The notes below the pieces were generated by a model. That model was not told where the DNA came from. It made no database searches and was given only the letters and a program-made list of their open reading frames with translations. Below, in pieces: positions 23,349 through 36,833 of a stretch of 64,000 nt of DNA; the first letter of the stretch is position 1; the number at the start of each line of letters is the position of its first letter. Origin of the DNA: Felis catus (taxonomy: Eukaryota); NCBI RefSeq assembly GCF_018350175.1, contig NC_058368.1, forward strand, positions 97,900,001 to 97,964,000, read 5' to 3'. Both the position numbers and the translations under genes were made by a program.

Positions 23349-24069
23349 TCCTGTAAGCATGTTTAATGGTGGTGCTGGCCCATGCCCTGCAAGTGTGAAG
23401 TTCTCTGAGACCTGTGAAGCAGGGGATGTGAAAAATTCAATCAGTATTTTTGCTTTTTCAGAAGAGGTGGGGCCAGAACTTCCAAGAGTCTGAAACTTGT
23501 AAAATCATTGCTATCCACAGCTGCAAGGTTGTTAAGCATCCATGAGGCATTTCAGGAGGAGATCCTTTAATTTTTCTGGTATCACATTCTGTGTCTGATA
23601 AACAATCCCTAGTGCTTACACAGTTGTCCTGTCAAGAGTCTGAAGATGTCATTTTGACATACTACACCAGTTGACTTTATCTTTCCTGTTACAATAAGTA
23701 GTCTGGAGTCCATGATAAGTAGCCTGGCACATCATGTTCAAGAATCATCAGGTTCACTAAGACCCTTTTGGCCTGAAATGTTTTCACTAGTTCCACTCAC
23801 CTCATTGTGCTCAACCAGCCCTTTTAAGTTTTATTTCTTGTTTCCACTGATTGCCCTCTTAAGTCAGAGGCCCTATGACTGGCCGTTTCAGAGCAGATGC
23901 TCTCAGAGTTCACCTTGATGGATCACGGATTTGTATGTCTACCAAATGAAGTGGGAAGATACTGTGAAAAGGAAATATGTTAAGTCTATCTGTCTGACAT
24001 ATCATGAGACTCACTTGGCATATGGGCCAATATGCGTTCATGATTCTCATTGCCTTGTCTTTAAAGAAA

Positions 24070-25230
24070 TATTTTTAAATTGTGGTAAAATTTACATAAG
24101 ATTGTTGACAGTTTTAACCATTTTCTAAATAAGTATATAGTTCAGTGGTATTCATATTGTTGTGCAATGTGGAATTGTTGCAATATGGAAACCCTGTTCC
24201 CATCAGTCCTTGGCAATGACCATTCTACTTTCTGTCTCTATGAATTTGAGAACTTTAGGTATCTCATATAAGTGGACTCATACAACATTAGTTGTTTGAT
24301 TATGTCTTATTTGCTTAATGTCTTCAAGATTCATCCATAGCATGGGTCAAAATTTCCTTCTTTCTTAAGACTGCATAATATTCCATGGTATGTATATACC
24401 ACATTGTGTTTGTCCATTCATCCATTGATGGACACCTGGTTGCTTCTACCTTTTGAGCAAAGCTGCCTATGAATGGGGGAGGGCAGATACTTTTTCAAGT
24501 CCTTGCACTCAATTCTTTTAGGTGTGTATCCCAAAATTAAATTGTTGGATCTTATGATAATTCTATTTCTAATTTTTTGATGGACTGCCATACTGTTTTC
24601 CTCAGTGGCTGCAACATTTTACATCCCACCAGCAGTGTTTAAGAGTTCCAGTTTATCCACATCTTTACCAACACTTATTTTTTGTGTTTTTTAAAATGTT
24701 TCTGTATTCATTTTGAGAGAGGTTGGGGGAGGGACAGCGAAAAGGGGAGAGAGAGAATCCCAGGCAGGCTCTGCGCTGACATCGTGGGGCTCGAACTCAC
24801 CACTGTGGGATCATGACCTGAATCACTATCAAGAGTCAGACGCTTAACCAACTGAGTCACCCAGGTGCCCCCCCTTTTTTAAATTTTTTATAACAACCAC
24901 TCTAATACATATAAAATAGTATCTTGTGGTTTTGATCTGCATATTTCTAACACTTAGTGATATTGAATCTCTTTTCATGTACTTATTGACTATTAGTGTA
25001 CTTTCTTTGGAGAAATGTCTGTTCAAGACTTTCACTCACTTTTTCATTGGGCTTTTTGTTGTTGTTGTTGTTGAGTTAAGGAGTTATTTATATATTCTGG
25101 ATATTAACCACTTCTCATATGTACAAATTACATATATTTTCTTCCATTCCATGGGTTACCTTTTCACTCTCTTGATAGTGTCCTTTGATGCTCTAGTCTT
25201 TAATTTTGCTATTGTCCAAGTTATCTATGT
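24070..25230 (-). mobile_element. Old L1 (L1MB-like) 3' UTR and ORF2 remnant, SINE-interrupted
   Basis: Antisense L1 signatures; the minus frame gives LNRHFSKE...MQIKTT (ORF2). Confidence 0.85.
24687..24871 (-). mobile_element. Can-SINE inside L1
   Basis: SINEC structure. Confidence 0.88.
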
Positions 25231-25892
25231 TTGGCTGCCTCTCCAGTCTTTGTATTTTTAGATTAAATTTCTTCACAGTGTTCTTATCTTGATGGAGTAA
25301 TGTTGGTTACTTTATTCTTTCCACAAGCTTCCTGTTATTAGACCTTTAATTAACCTCCCTGCTAAATGTGCTTCGCACTCCCACAGACATGAAAGTCCAG
25401 CCTGGAATATTCCTCCATAGGGAGGGTCAGCAAACAGGCTATGAGGCTAAGGAGTCTTATAGCTCCATGCTGACTTTTACTATGCTTTCCCACAAATTGG
25501 AATTCTGTTCTAAACAACATTTTATTTGGTTTGCTTGATACCCTCAGAATTCCATCTCCCTTTCCACCGCTTTCTTCACTTTTCGTTGGTGCTTATATTT
25601 TCTATTTGTGCAGTTTTATCTCTGTTGCTGTCATCTAAAAAATTAATGAGCATACTAGATACCCTTATCTAGGTCAGGGTTGTTTTCAACTTCCTTCCTG
25701 AAAGCAATTGACCCCCTTTGCAAACAAAACCTTATGTGGATTCTCAGCACAGCCGATAGGAGCAGAGCTGCTCTGTTTGGAGCAGGGGATAAAGAGGTTT
25801 GGTTTGATGCTTTTCCCCCTCCAGCTCCTGAAGCTTTTCTCTGAACCTAGATGGAAGCTCTGTGGAGTCTACTCAAGAAAGGAAAGCTTGCT

Positions 25893-26117
25893 AGGGTGCC
25901 TGGGTGGCTCAGTTGGTTGAGCTGCCGACTTCAGCTCAGGTCACGATCTCGCGGTCCCTGAGTTCGAGCCCCGCGTCAGGCTCTGTGCTGACAGCTCGGA
26001 GCCTGGAGCCTGTTTCGGATTCTGTGTCTCCCTCTCTCTGACCCTCCCCCGTTCATGCTCTGTCTCTCTCTGTCTCAAAAATAAATAAACGTTAAAAAAA
26101 ATTAAAAAAAAAAGAAA
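25893..26117 (+). mobile_element. Young SINEC_Fc-type SINE
   Basis: CpG-rich; perfect 18-bp TSD AAGAAAGGAAAGCTTGCT (25875-25892 and 26118-26135). Confidence 0.95.
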
Positions 26118-26820
26118 AAGAAAGGAAAGCTTGCTGATGGAACAGGAAATACAACATGATCATTTTCGCCCCTCTTCCCTAATCCTTCTTACATCAAAGC
26201 AATTCAGCTCTTGTATGTTAAGTGTATTTAGGAGTTCATGACATGTTCAACTTAAGCATCAGGGTTCTTTGCCTGAAATGGCTATTGAGAGATCCCCAGT
26301 CCAGCTTACTGGCCAGGTGATAAGCCGCGTGGAGCTGAGGACTTGTAACCATGATACGTCTCTTGTGGATACTGACCCAGTTTATTGCTGACTACTTCCC
26401 ATAGGAAAGATTTGAAAGAGAGTCACCTGGTAAGGAGGGTAGCTACTGAGATACAGGAAACTTAATTTTGATCCACAGAAACTTTAAACTGGAAAGGAGC
26501 TCAGAGATCACTAGCCCACAGGCTAGTGTTTGGTTTGCATAGCATTTAAAAAATTAATTGCCAATGTTAAAACATGAGAAACATTTGTATAAAAATTTCG
26601 ATTCTAGCTTCTCTTGGAAAAAATGTAAGATCTGGCAGCACTGGGCCCATGGTCCTATACGCAGTAATGAACAACTAGGAGGGCTTTTAAAAAATTCCCA
26701 GTATCCGCTCTGCATCCTAGGCAGATTAAATGATATTCTCTGAGGTTAATATCCAGATATAAGCATATGTTTAAAAAATTGTGATAAAACCACATGATTT
26801 TAAAGTTACCACCTTATTCA

Positions 26821-26948
26821 TTTTTTTGAAGTAGGCTTCACACCCAGCACAGAGCCCAACACGGGGCTTGAACTCACAACTCTGTGATTAAGATCTGAGC
26901 TAAGATCAAGAGTTGGATGCTTAACTGGCTGAGCCACCAGATGTCCCC
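26821..26948 (-). mobile_element. Short Can-SINE lacking the (CT)n segment
   Basis: SINE head and body; TSD resembling cttattcatttt. Confidence 0.8.
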
Positions 26949-27751
26949 CCCCCCCACCACCCCGACATCTTATTCATTTTCAAGTGTACAGTTCACTGTT
27001 GTTGAATGTATCACTTTGTCGTGTAACAGATCTCTGGAACTTCTTTGTGTTTCAAAACTGAAACTCTATACACATGTAATAGGATTTTCTTATCTTTTTT
27101 TAAGGCTGTTTAAGATTTCTTTGTATGTATGTACTGCATTTCTTTACACATTCATCTGTCAGTGGATATTCATTCAATGGGTTGCTTGTATTCTGGGTTA
27201 TTGTGAACAATGCCACTATGAACATGGGTGTACAAATACCTCTTTGAGATCCTAGTTTGAACTCTTTTAGATATCATATGGTGATTTTAATTTTTTTTTT
27301 TAAAGGACCCTACACGGTGTTTTCCATAATGGCTGCACCATTTTATATTCCCACCAAGAACGCATGAGCATTGCAGATTCTCAGTGTCTTGGCCAATATT
27401 TACTGTTTAGTGTTCTTTTGGTAGTAGCCAACCCAATGGGCGTGAAATGATATCTCACTGTGGTCTTGATTTGCATTTCTTCTGCGGTTAGGGATGTTGA
27501 GCATCTTTTCAGACTTGTTAGCCATTTGTATATCTTTTTTGGAGAATTGTCTCTTCAATTCCTTTGCCCATTTTTTAACTGGTTATTTTTCTCTTTGTTG
27601 TTGCATTATAGAAGTTGCCTTTTCTTTGGCTGTACAGAAATTTTTAAGTTTGATGTAGTTTAATTTCTCTATTTTTGGGTGTTGTCTGCATTTTTGGTGC
27701 CATATCCAAGAAATGTCAATTTTGCAAAGCTTTTCAAAAAAATCAAGGCCA

Positions 27752-27972
27752 GGGGTGCCTGGATGGCTCAGTTCATTAAGTATCTGACTTTGACTCAGGT
27801 CATGAATCGTGGTTGGTGAGTTCAAGCCCCATGTGGGGCTCTGTGCTGACAACTCAGAGCCTGGAGCCTGCTTCGGATCCTGTGTCTCCCTTTCTTTCTA
27901 TGCCCCTCCTCCGCTCATGCTCTATCTCTCTCTGTCTCTCAAAAAGGAATAAACATTAAAAAAATTTTTTTT
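27752..27972 (+). mobile_element. Can-SINE
   Basis: SINEC structure. Confidence 0.9.
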
Positions 27973-28149
27973 AAGGAAAGCAAGATTTACTTTTGTTGTT
28001 GTTGTTGTTGTTTATTCCTATTGTTTTCCTGGTTTCTACTTTGTTCATCTCTAATATTTCTTATTTCTTTCCTTCTGCTCGCTTGTGGCTTAATTTATTT
28101 TACTTTTTCCAGTTCCTTGGGGGTATAAAGTTAGGTTGCTTGACATACA

Positions 28150-28367
28150 TTTTTTTCTTATTTTTAAAAAATGTTTATTTATTTTTGAAGGAGAGAGAGC
28201 ATGTGAATGGAGAAGGGAAGAGAGAGAGGGAGACACTGAATGTGAAGCAAGCTTCAGGCTCTGAGCTGTCAGCACAGAGCCTGACATGGGGCTTGAACTC
28301 ACCAGCATTGAGATCATGACCTGAGCCAAGGTCAGACGTTTAACCCACTGAACCACCCAGGCACCCC
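28150..28367 (-). mobile_element. Can-SINE
   Basis: SINEC structure. Confidence 0.9.
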
Positions 28368-29741
28368 TTTCTTTTTTTAATGTAAATGTTCCCTGCTCTA
28401 TACTTCCTTCTTAGTATTGCTTTCATTGTGTTATATAAGTTCATTGTGTTTGCATTTGTCTCCAGATACTCTCTGAATTCCCTTGTGATTTCTTCTTTGA
28501 CCTATTGGTTATTTAAGAGTGGGTGGTCCAATTTCCATATATATTTGATATATTTTCATTTTCCTGTTTTCCCTCTACCTTAGATTTCTACTTTTGTTCC
28601 ATTCCGGTCAGAAAAGATGCTTCGTATGGTTTCAGTTTTCCTAAATGTGTTAAAACTTGTTTTGTGACCTAACATGTCATTTATCCTGGAGAATGTTACA
28701 TGAACACTTGATAAGAATGTGCCTTTGACTGTTGCTGAATTTAGTGTTCTGTATGTGCTTGTACAGTGTTGTCCTCCAGTATTGTTCAACCCTTCTATTT
28801 CCTTATCGATCTACTATCTTGTTGAAAATGATGTATTGAAGTCTTCAATTAATGTGTGGCTATCCATTTTTCCCTTCTGTTCTGTCAATGTCTGCTTCAT
28901 GTATTTCTTTCCTCCTACCATCCCCTCCCTCCTTTCTTCCTTCCTTCCTTCGAGAGAGAGGGGTGAAACACAGCAAGAACACTGATTTTTAGCTCTGCGG
29001 TGTGGCTGAAGCGATAAATGTCTTCCTAACTTAGATGATGTTTTGAAAGTGGACTCAGCCTCTTTCAACTATCCCCTTTGAAAAGCGCATGGAAGTTGGG
29101 ATTCCTGCCGTAGGGCTGTAGAGCATCACTAATTTTCTGACTTCAAAGACTGTCTGCTAGTATTGGGCAGATTGTAGGCAGATCATCTGCACTGACATCC
29201 GTCCATGTCAATTCATTAGGAGGGATCTAGGTTAGCCAATATTTATTTTTCCTGGCTAGCTCAAGAGCCTTCTGTAACAGAAGACCAGAGACCCCTCAGA
29301 CAAGCAAACCGAAGTTGGGTTTATTATAAGACTACATATTATAAGAATGAGAAAGATATTTGAGTTCTAGAACATCTTTAGGGACCGGCTGCTCTTCATG
29401 GCCAAGTGGGCAGGACTGATTTTCTCAGATAAGGACAGAAGGGAGAGGTATAGTGGATGAGCTGCAGGATGCTTCAAGACTTATCCAGTCCAGATTTACA
29501 TGGAAGCAAATCAGATGTTTTTAGCATTTCAACAAAACTGTGTCAGTTTCTTTTTTGTTTCAATGTTGTTTAAAAACTTGTTTTAGCCTCTATTTTGCAT
29601 TGTTGACATTATATAATCATCTCACTTTGCAACAAACTATGTCTTTTAAAACCCTTTAATGAGTTTTTTTTTATAATGAGATAAAATATAAAATTAACTG
29701 GGATATGAGAAATAGTTGATGATTAAGAAGAAAAAGTTCCA

Positions 29742-29939
29742 GGGGTGCCTGGGTGGCTCAGTTGGTTGAGGGTCTGGCTCTGGCTCAGGTCAAGATCTTA
29801 CGGTTTGTGAGTTCGAGCCCTATGTCGGGCTCTGAGCCTGTTTCGGATTCTGTGTCTCCCTCTCTCTCTGCTCCTCCCCTGCTCGTGCTCTGTGTCTCTC
29901 TCTCAAAAATAAATAAACATTAAAAAAATTTAAAAAAAG
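29742..29939 (+). mobile_element. Can-SINE
   Basis: SINEC structure; TSD AAGAAGAAAAAGTTCCA. Confidence 0.92.
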
Positions 29940-30117
29940 AAGAAGAAAAAGTTCCATTGCTAAAATTTATGACGTTATTTAGTGTGATTATTTATTATAA
30001 AAAAATGAATATGACTTTAGGATTTAGTGTTAACTATGCCTGTTAACTTAAAAATTATTACAAATTCAGTAAATTATTTAATGTAGTAAATTGCATCAGC
30101 CATTAGAATGATTTCTC

Positions 30118-30328
30118 GGGTGTCTGGGTGGCTCAGTTTGTTAAGCATCTGACTTCGGCTCAGGTCATGATCTCACAGTTTGTGAGTTTGAGCCCCGTGC
30201 CGGGTTCTGTACTGACAGCTCAGAGCCTGGAGCCTGCTTCTGATTCTGTCTCCCTCTCTCTCTACCCCTGCCCTGTTGATGCTCTGTCTCTCTTTCTCTC
30301 TCAAAAATAAATAAACATTTTAAAAAAA
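30118..30328 (+). mobile_element. Can-SINE
   Basis: SINEC structure; TSD agaat(g/t)atttct. Confidence 0.9.
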
Positions 30329-30730
30329 GAATTATTTCTTAGACATTCTTGTAAAAATTAAAGTTGGGTATTGTAAGTGAAAATAGAAATTATTTTTATG
30401 ATATCTATACACATGTATCCTGGAGTGAGGCTTGGAAATCCTTCCAAAAAGGGCCATATTTTGTACTTTCAATGAACTTTTGTGGTATCATGTCTACTTG
30501 TGTAATTTAAAATCAGGTTCAGGTTTGGGTATTTTTATATATATATCTGTGAAATCTATTGTTTTTCATGTGAGACTTCATAACTATATTCGATGAGTAT
30601 ATTTCTTTTAATGCTCAATTTTGCATGTGTATTTGCCTTTATATACCTATTTCACAATTGTAAAAATCAAGTCACCTCCTTAGGTTGGAATATTCTGTGT
30701 AGTCATATGGATTGCTTTAAATTAGTTTTA

Positions 30731-31086
30731 GGGGTGCCTGGGTGGCTCAGTTGGTTAAGTGGGCTCTGTGCTGACAGCTCAGAGCCTGGAGCCTGTTTCT
30801 GATTCTGTGTCTCCCTCTCTCTTCCCCTCCCCCATTTGTACTCTGTCTGTTTCTCTCTCTCAAAAATAAATAAACATTAAAAAAATGAAGAAGAGGTTTT
30901 GGGGCACCTGGGTGGCTCAGTTGGTTAGGTGTCTGATTTCGGCTCAGGTAATGATCTCACGGTTCGTGGCTTGGAGCCCCACATCAGGCTTTGTGCCGAC
31001 AGCTCAGAGCCTGGAACCTGTTTCAGATTCTGTGTCTCCTTCCCTCTCTGCCTCTCTCCTCCCCTCCTCTCAAAAATAAATGAACA
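30731..31086 (+). mobile_element. Head-to-tail Can-SINE dimer (30731-30885 and 30901-31086)
   Basis: Two SINE heads; the whole unit is flanked by TTTAAATTAGTTTTAG. Confidence 0.88.
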
Positions 31087-31897
31087 TTTAAATTAGTTTT
31101 AGCAATCAAAGGGATATTTTGAGTTTTCATTCAATGCCTTCACTTCTTCCCTGTGATACATACTTTTAAAAATTTCTCCTCTATCTATTGTGAAACTCCT
31201 GAAATAGTAGGCAAGAAGATGGACAAAGCAAGTTTTAAGGTATTGTTTTCCTTCACCTCAGTTTTGGCCCACACTGTTCTCTCAACTCTGATTATTCATG
31301 AATTTGTTAATGGGTGTGTTTTGAATTTTCTCTAGCTTTCTCTTGGTATTCTGTTTGCCATCTTCCTTTGGCCTTTGTAATCCTTTAGTTCTTCAGGAAC
31401 CATGGAATTGTCTCTTCTGCCTGTCTTGCTCACAGCTGACTCTGCTGTAACAATCAGTCAGAGCATGCGTGGTTTAGTGTTCTTTTTCTTCTGCGCCCAG
31501 CTTTGTGATCTGATGTGACAGAACTGGCCTTCTAGGGCTCCATTAGGTAGGGTACACTGACCACACAAGTGATGCTTTTTAAATACTGAGTGTGTCACCC
31601 ACATGAGGTTATTAGTGGCCTGAGGGAGTTTTCTTACTATGTCATTTTATGCACTTGGGGCACCTGCACTCCGGGGAGAACTTTATCCCAATGGATCAGC
31701 ACTTGTTTACAAGATTATGGTGATGATGACCATAAGTAATACAAATTAGGAAAAAGTTAGTCTGCTGTCCTTTCTTCCCATGCCTGTTCCCCCAATCCAG
31801 TGGGGTTTGGCTCATGACGGTGCTTCGTCAAGGTCTATCTTTTCCTCATACCCATCTTCTGGACACCAGGGCAGTTCTGGGACTCCTAGTCACTCTC

Positions 31898-32096
31898 TTT
31901 TTTTTTTTTAATGTTTGTTTATTCTTGAGAGAGAGAGCAGGGGAGGGGCAGAGAGAGATGGGGACAGAGGATCCAAATCAAGCCCTAGGCTCTAAACTTC
32001 AACACAGAGCATGATGTGGGGCTTGAACTCATGAACCGTGACATCATGACCTAACCAGACGTCAGATGCTTACCTGTCTGAGCCATCCATGCACCC
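31898..32096 (-). mobile_element. Can-SINE
   Basis: SINEC structure. Confidence 0.88.
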
Positions 32097-32614
32097 ACCC
32101 CCACCTCCAGTCACTTCTGATCCATAGTTCTTAAACTTTTTAAGGTTATTAACCCCATTGAGAATCTAAAGAAAGATGTGGATTCTGTCTCAGGGAAGTA
32201 AAAAGTACATAGAACACTTTAGAAATAATTAGTGTCTTCATAGATGTCCTTGAAGTTCATCTTAGGGTTCTCTAAGGAGATCTGACCTTTGGTGTTTGAT
32301 TACCATACTGAGCATTATGGGAAGCACGATACCTGAGTCATCTTAATTAATGCCTGCAATGACCTGTTGAGACTTAAGATGAGGAAATGGAATCCTAGAA
32401 AGACTGCATAGCTAGGTTACACAGGAGGTAGGGAGAGGAGCCTAGAACCTGGGACTAGAACCTAGCAGTTTGATGCAGAGCTGGAGATCCAGGGACTCCG
32501 TTTGGAGAACCCTTGCTTTGAAGAATGTGGTTTAGTTCTAGGCTGGATTTTAATCTGAGGAAGCTTCAGGAATTTTGGACAGTTATGAGTGTTCTGAGTT
32601 AGTAAGGTATTCAA

Positions 32615-32760
32615 GGGTGTGCTCCATAGGTTAGCACTTTTGATAGCACCCAGGAGTTTGTTAGAAATACAAAATGTCAGATCTCACCCAAGAACTACAG
32701 AGTTTTAATAAGATCCTCTAGGAGATTTGTATGCACATTAAGATTTGAGAAGCATTGGCT
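32615..32760. mobile_element. MER5-like hAT-Charlie fragment
   Basis: ggagtttgttagaaatacaaa...tttgtatgcacattaagatttgagaagcattg. Confidence 0.6.
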
Positions 32761-35654
32761 TAGATCGCTCAGCATTAGCAACTTAGACACCCTGTGAAAC
32801 CATTTTGATCTTAAAATTGAACATTTGGTAGTTTAGTAACAGAGCTGATGGTCCCTAATGGTATGAATGGGAGTGATGGTGGTGTTGGGGAGAAGGTGAT
32901 ATAGAGAGAAACATGAAGTCAGCGTGAAATGTATACCTGTGAGAACAATGTGTTGGTGCCTAGTAGGAACCCCTGCTCTGATGTAACTGTATGGTCTATT
33001 AAGAATGTTCCTTTAAAATGATAGCATTCTAGAATTGAGACACAGATTTCCGAAAATGCCTTTCTCACTTGTTAGTCGCATGCCTTCCAGCAGCACAGGA
33101 TGATTTTGGGTAGTACTTGGCTGTGGATAGCCATATAAGTTTCAGAAAGGAAAGCTTTAATCTCCCCTGAAATTTCCTGCTATGGTAGGTCTTGACAAGA
33201 CAGTGGGAATGTGTCACACTTGGTGAGTGGTGTCCTCTGAGTGGATTGCCTGCTGCGTCCGTTCCTTGCTTTACGACCTGATCTCTGACCTCCAGATGTC
33301 AGCTATTCTTTTAGATTCCCATTTAGCTTGGATGCCAAGTGCCTTTCCCTGTACTCCATTTCCCTCTTGAATTGTTAGCATCTTTACCTGGGTTTTGCAA
33401 ATAACCCCTTTCTTGTTTTTGAACTGTAGTAAATTGGGCTGCCCATGGCTACGTGATGGTATACCCTAAGCTGGGGCTTTTACTAAGCAGTAGTTCTTTT
33501 CCCTCAGCTGTCTTTTCATTTAGGCAGGACCGTCTTTTGTCATCGAGAACAGTCATGATGAAATCACAGGATCACACACAAAAAAAAGGACCTTTAAAAT
33601 CCTTTTAGGTACATTCTGGAATGTAAAACATTCTGTAGCAGAGAGGGATAAAATGAGTTAAAAGGCCCTCACAGACATGCTATTTCCATGAGAATAGCAG
33701 AGGTTTTGTAGCTAATTTAATAGGTTCCAGGATAGGTATTGGACTTTGGTGATGATGAGTGGAGACGTTGTTATTTGAATGTTAAGAGAGCTACGTGTGC
33801 TTTTCCATCTCTGAGCGGGGAGCATGAAATCTATTTAAAGATGTAACCATCAGCCAAAATTGAAGAGTCTTTTAAAACAAGCAAAAAAGGCACTGCTAAT
33901 AATTTTGGTTCCTGCACCAAGAGTGCTCTATAAACGTGGTGCTAAAAATTCCCCTCTTAAAAAAAAAATCTTATTTCATTATACTTTAAAGGACGGTTCA
34001 ACTTCTTCAAATGATAAAGGACAAACTGTTTCAGAATGTTTAATATGGGAATCTATATTTGAGTTAACTAAAATAACCATGCGAGATTGAAATTATAGAC
34101 ATTTATAGGATTACCCCTGAGACATATTGGTATTTAGCAAGAGAAGAGTATCACCCAAGATGCAGAGAAACGCACATCTTTAACTTTAGACAAATGCATA
34201 TACCATTTAATAATCTGGCTGCTACCAGCCCTGAGAATTTTGCTTTTCCCTTAATCACTCATTTGAAACAAGTGGATGAATGACTGAAGAGTAAACAATA
34301 TGCAAACTCTTGAGCTGGAGGAATATTTCAGAGTGACGTGTAGATACCATTCACGTGTAGATTAATTTTTTATCAACCATTGTCCAAAAGTCAGAGTAAG
34401 AAGCTGCTTGCCTTAGGAATAGAGCAATTACTGCCAACCTTGGAAGGGTCGCTCTGACAACCACTTTGAAAAGATCGCTCAGTGCAAGAGTCTGAATTGT
34501 AAGTTTACCGACTATACCTGGGAATGTTTCTTCATAGGGACGTACCTTACCTACCTAATTCAACAGAATTAAATTCATTCATACTCTGTGGAGTTCCAAA
34601 GAAGACTCAAGAGCCAGTGGGGATCTAGCCACGATAGATACTACTTTCCTAAAATTGAAGATAATCCAAAGTTGCCTCAAGAGACGAAGGCATCAGTTAG
34701 TGGGCTCATCTGTTTGTCCTCTGCGGACATTTTACTAGTGATCACCCAAATCGTTCAGATTTCAATAAGCAGTGTTCTTCTTCCACAAGGCGAAAGGAGT
34801 CCAGACAGTGGTTCAACATTTCTTGGCACTTGTGAAAAATGTAGTAATCAGAGTAATTGTCAAGGGCCTTAATTACGGCTCCCGGCGTGACTTTTTTGCA
34901 TATGCATTTTATTCTCAGTGGTATAATTTGTAAGGAAAGATTAGAGTAAGTGGATTAGCATTTGGACTATTAATTAAAAAGAAAGAGAAGATCTTGCCAG
35001 TGAATCAAATAAAGTGTTTATTTAGTTTATTTGCTCTTTTTTGCTTGTCGCTTAGGCTATGGGCAGCACACCCACCCCCAGGATATCCTTTTTATCCATC
35101 CCTTTAGATCCCTGAGAAGCCTCTACTGATGGAGGATCTGATAAATACTGATTGTGTCTCTGCATGCATTTCGGGGTACTTTGTTGCAAAGACCACAAAA
35201 ACCATTTTTGCTGGTGACATTCTGAAGGGAATGTCATGAAAATAAAATATCTCTGATGTTGCTCATGTTGATCTGTCAGTGGCCTTGAAATTGGGAAAAA
35301 TGAGGCTTGAAAGGAAGAAATAGGAGAAGTTGGGGGAAGGTGACTGGGGAAGGTGACAAGGGAAACATAAAACATCACCAAGGCAGAGGGAAGGAAGGGC
35401 AGTAACATTTTAATGGAAGACCGTCAGAGAAAAGAAGAAATTACAGAAACCAAGATAAATGGACAGAAAAGGAATGCTTGTTAATCTTTTTCATTAGGAT
35501 TCAGTCTTCCTTTTTCTTTTCTTGTTAAGCTAAAACGTGGAAGCATTTCCTGTGCACCCAGTGCTGTACTAAATGCCATATATTTTTATTTTATTATTAC
35601 ATTTTAATATTATAACCCTCTGAGGAAACAGTAAAGCTAATAAATAGTGCTTAC

Positions 35655-35900
35655 ATGTATTAGCCCTGGGGCTTGATTGTCTGAGGTTGGAATCCCTAAT
35701 GTACCGCTTACTTGCTCTGTGATATCGGGCATAGTAGCCTTTCTGTACCCATTTCTTCATCTGTAAACTGGTGATAATTCCAGTATTTATCTCGGTATTC
35801 ATCGGTTATGGTGCCAATTTGTAGGTTAATACCCGTAAAACATTTAGAACAAAGTCTACGCATAGCAATACTTAACAAAGATTGGCCCTTCCTATTATTT
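35655..35900 (+). mobile_element. MIR
   Basis: ggttggaatccc...ctgtgat...tttcttcatctgtaaactggtgataat is MIR core. Confidence 0.65.
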
Positions 35901-36119
35901 TCATTACATTCCGATTTCATAGTTGAGGCTCAGAAAAATCAAGGCAGTATCTCAAGATATCTTAGCTAGTTTCTAATGCGGGTGAATCTACTTGAAAACA
36001 CATGCTTTTAATCCATATCCCATAAAAAGATACAAGACCTAGATCTAGGTCTGACAGATATTCTAGACTCCAAACATAAGTGACTTTTTTAAAAAAATTA
36101 AGTTACTTAAACTCTTAGA

Positions 36120-36760
36120 TTCTGCTTAGATTCTCTCCCCAAAGCAGCACCTATGACAAGGGCTTGATGAGTGGTTCCCCAGGAATACGACTTTTTTTGA
36201 TGTATTTATTAACTCTTAATAAACTCCTGCAACCAAATACAATAAAGCAAAATAGGTATGACGCCTGGGAAAGAGCAGAGCAGAGAAGGAGGCCAATGCA
36301 AAGATGCTTTTTTTAAAAATGTAAAAAAAAAAAAAGTTTATTTTGAGAGAGAGAGCGTGCGCAAGCATCGGCGCGCAAGCGGGGGAGGGGCAGAGAGAGG
36401 GAGAGAAAGAATCCAAAGCAGGTTATATGCTGCCAGTGAGGAGCCTGACGTGGGGCTGGGACCCATGAACCATGAGATCATAACCTCAGCTGAAATCGAC
36501 AGTCTGATGCTTAACCAACTGAGCCACCCAAGTGCCTCCAAAGATGCTTTTTAAAGATGGCTGGCAGTAGCTGGGGCTCAGTGATACCAGGGCTCCACCA
36601 GCATTATCTAGAATGTACCCCAGAATCATCCACCAAGGATGGGGAAAGAGGAGTCCTTATTTACCACTTCCTACCCCCTGTTGATTAAATATTGTTCCAG
36701 TGGTGTTGACCCCCTTGCACTCCCAGCTTTGCATGACCTGGGAAAACCCAGAATCCCAGT
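36120..36760 (-). mobile_element. LTR16-like (ERVL) LTR remnant, interrupted
   Basis: ccccaaagcagcacctatgacaaggg ... gaaggaggccaat ... gttgacccccttgcactcccagc resembles antisense LTR16. Confidence 0.5.
36315..36538 (-). mobile_element. Can-SINE
   Basis: SINEC structure; TSD caaagatgcttttt. Confidence 0.9.
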
Positions 36761-36833
36761 GGACAGAAAGCAAGTGTAAGGGATCACCACTAAGGGGAGG
36801 GTGGGGGGCGGTCATTTGTCAAAGGTAATGTCT

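Larger units (their letters stand above)
26775..28910 (-). mobile_element. Fragmented old L1 (3' UTR, ORF2 C-terminal and endonuclease-region remnants) with three SINE insertions
   Basis: Minus-strand translations include YRTLNSATVKGTFLSSVHVTFSRINDMLGHKTSFN and IKLKNFCTAKE (L1 ORF2). Confidence 0.85.
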
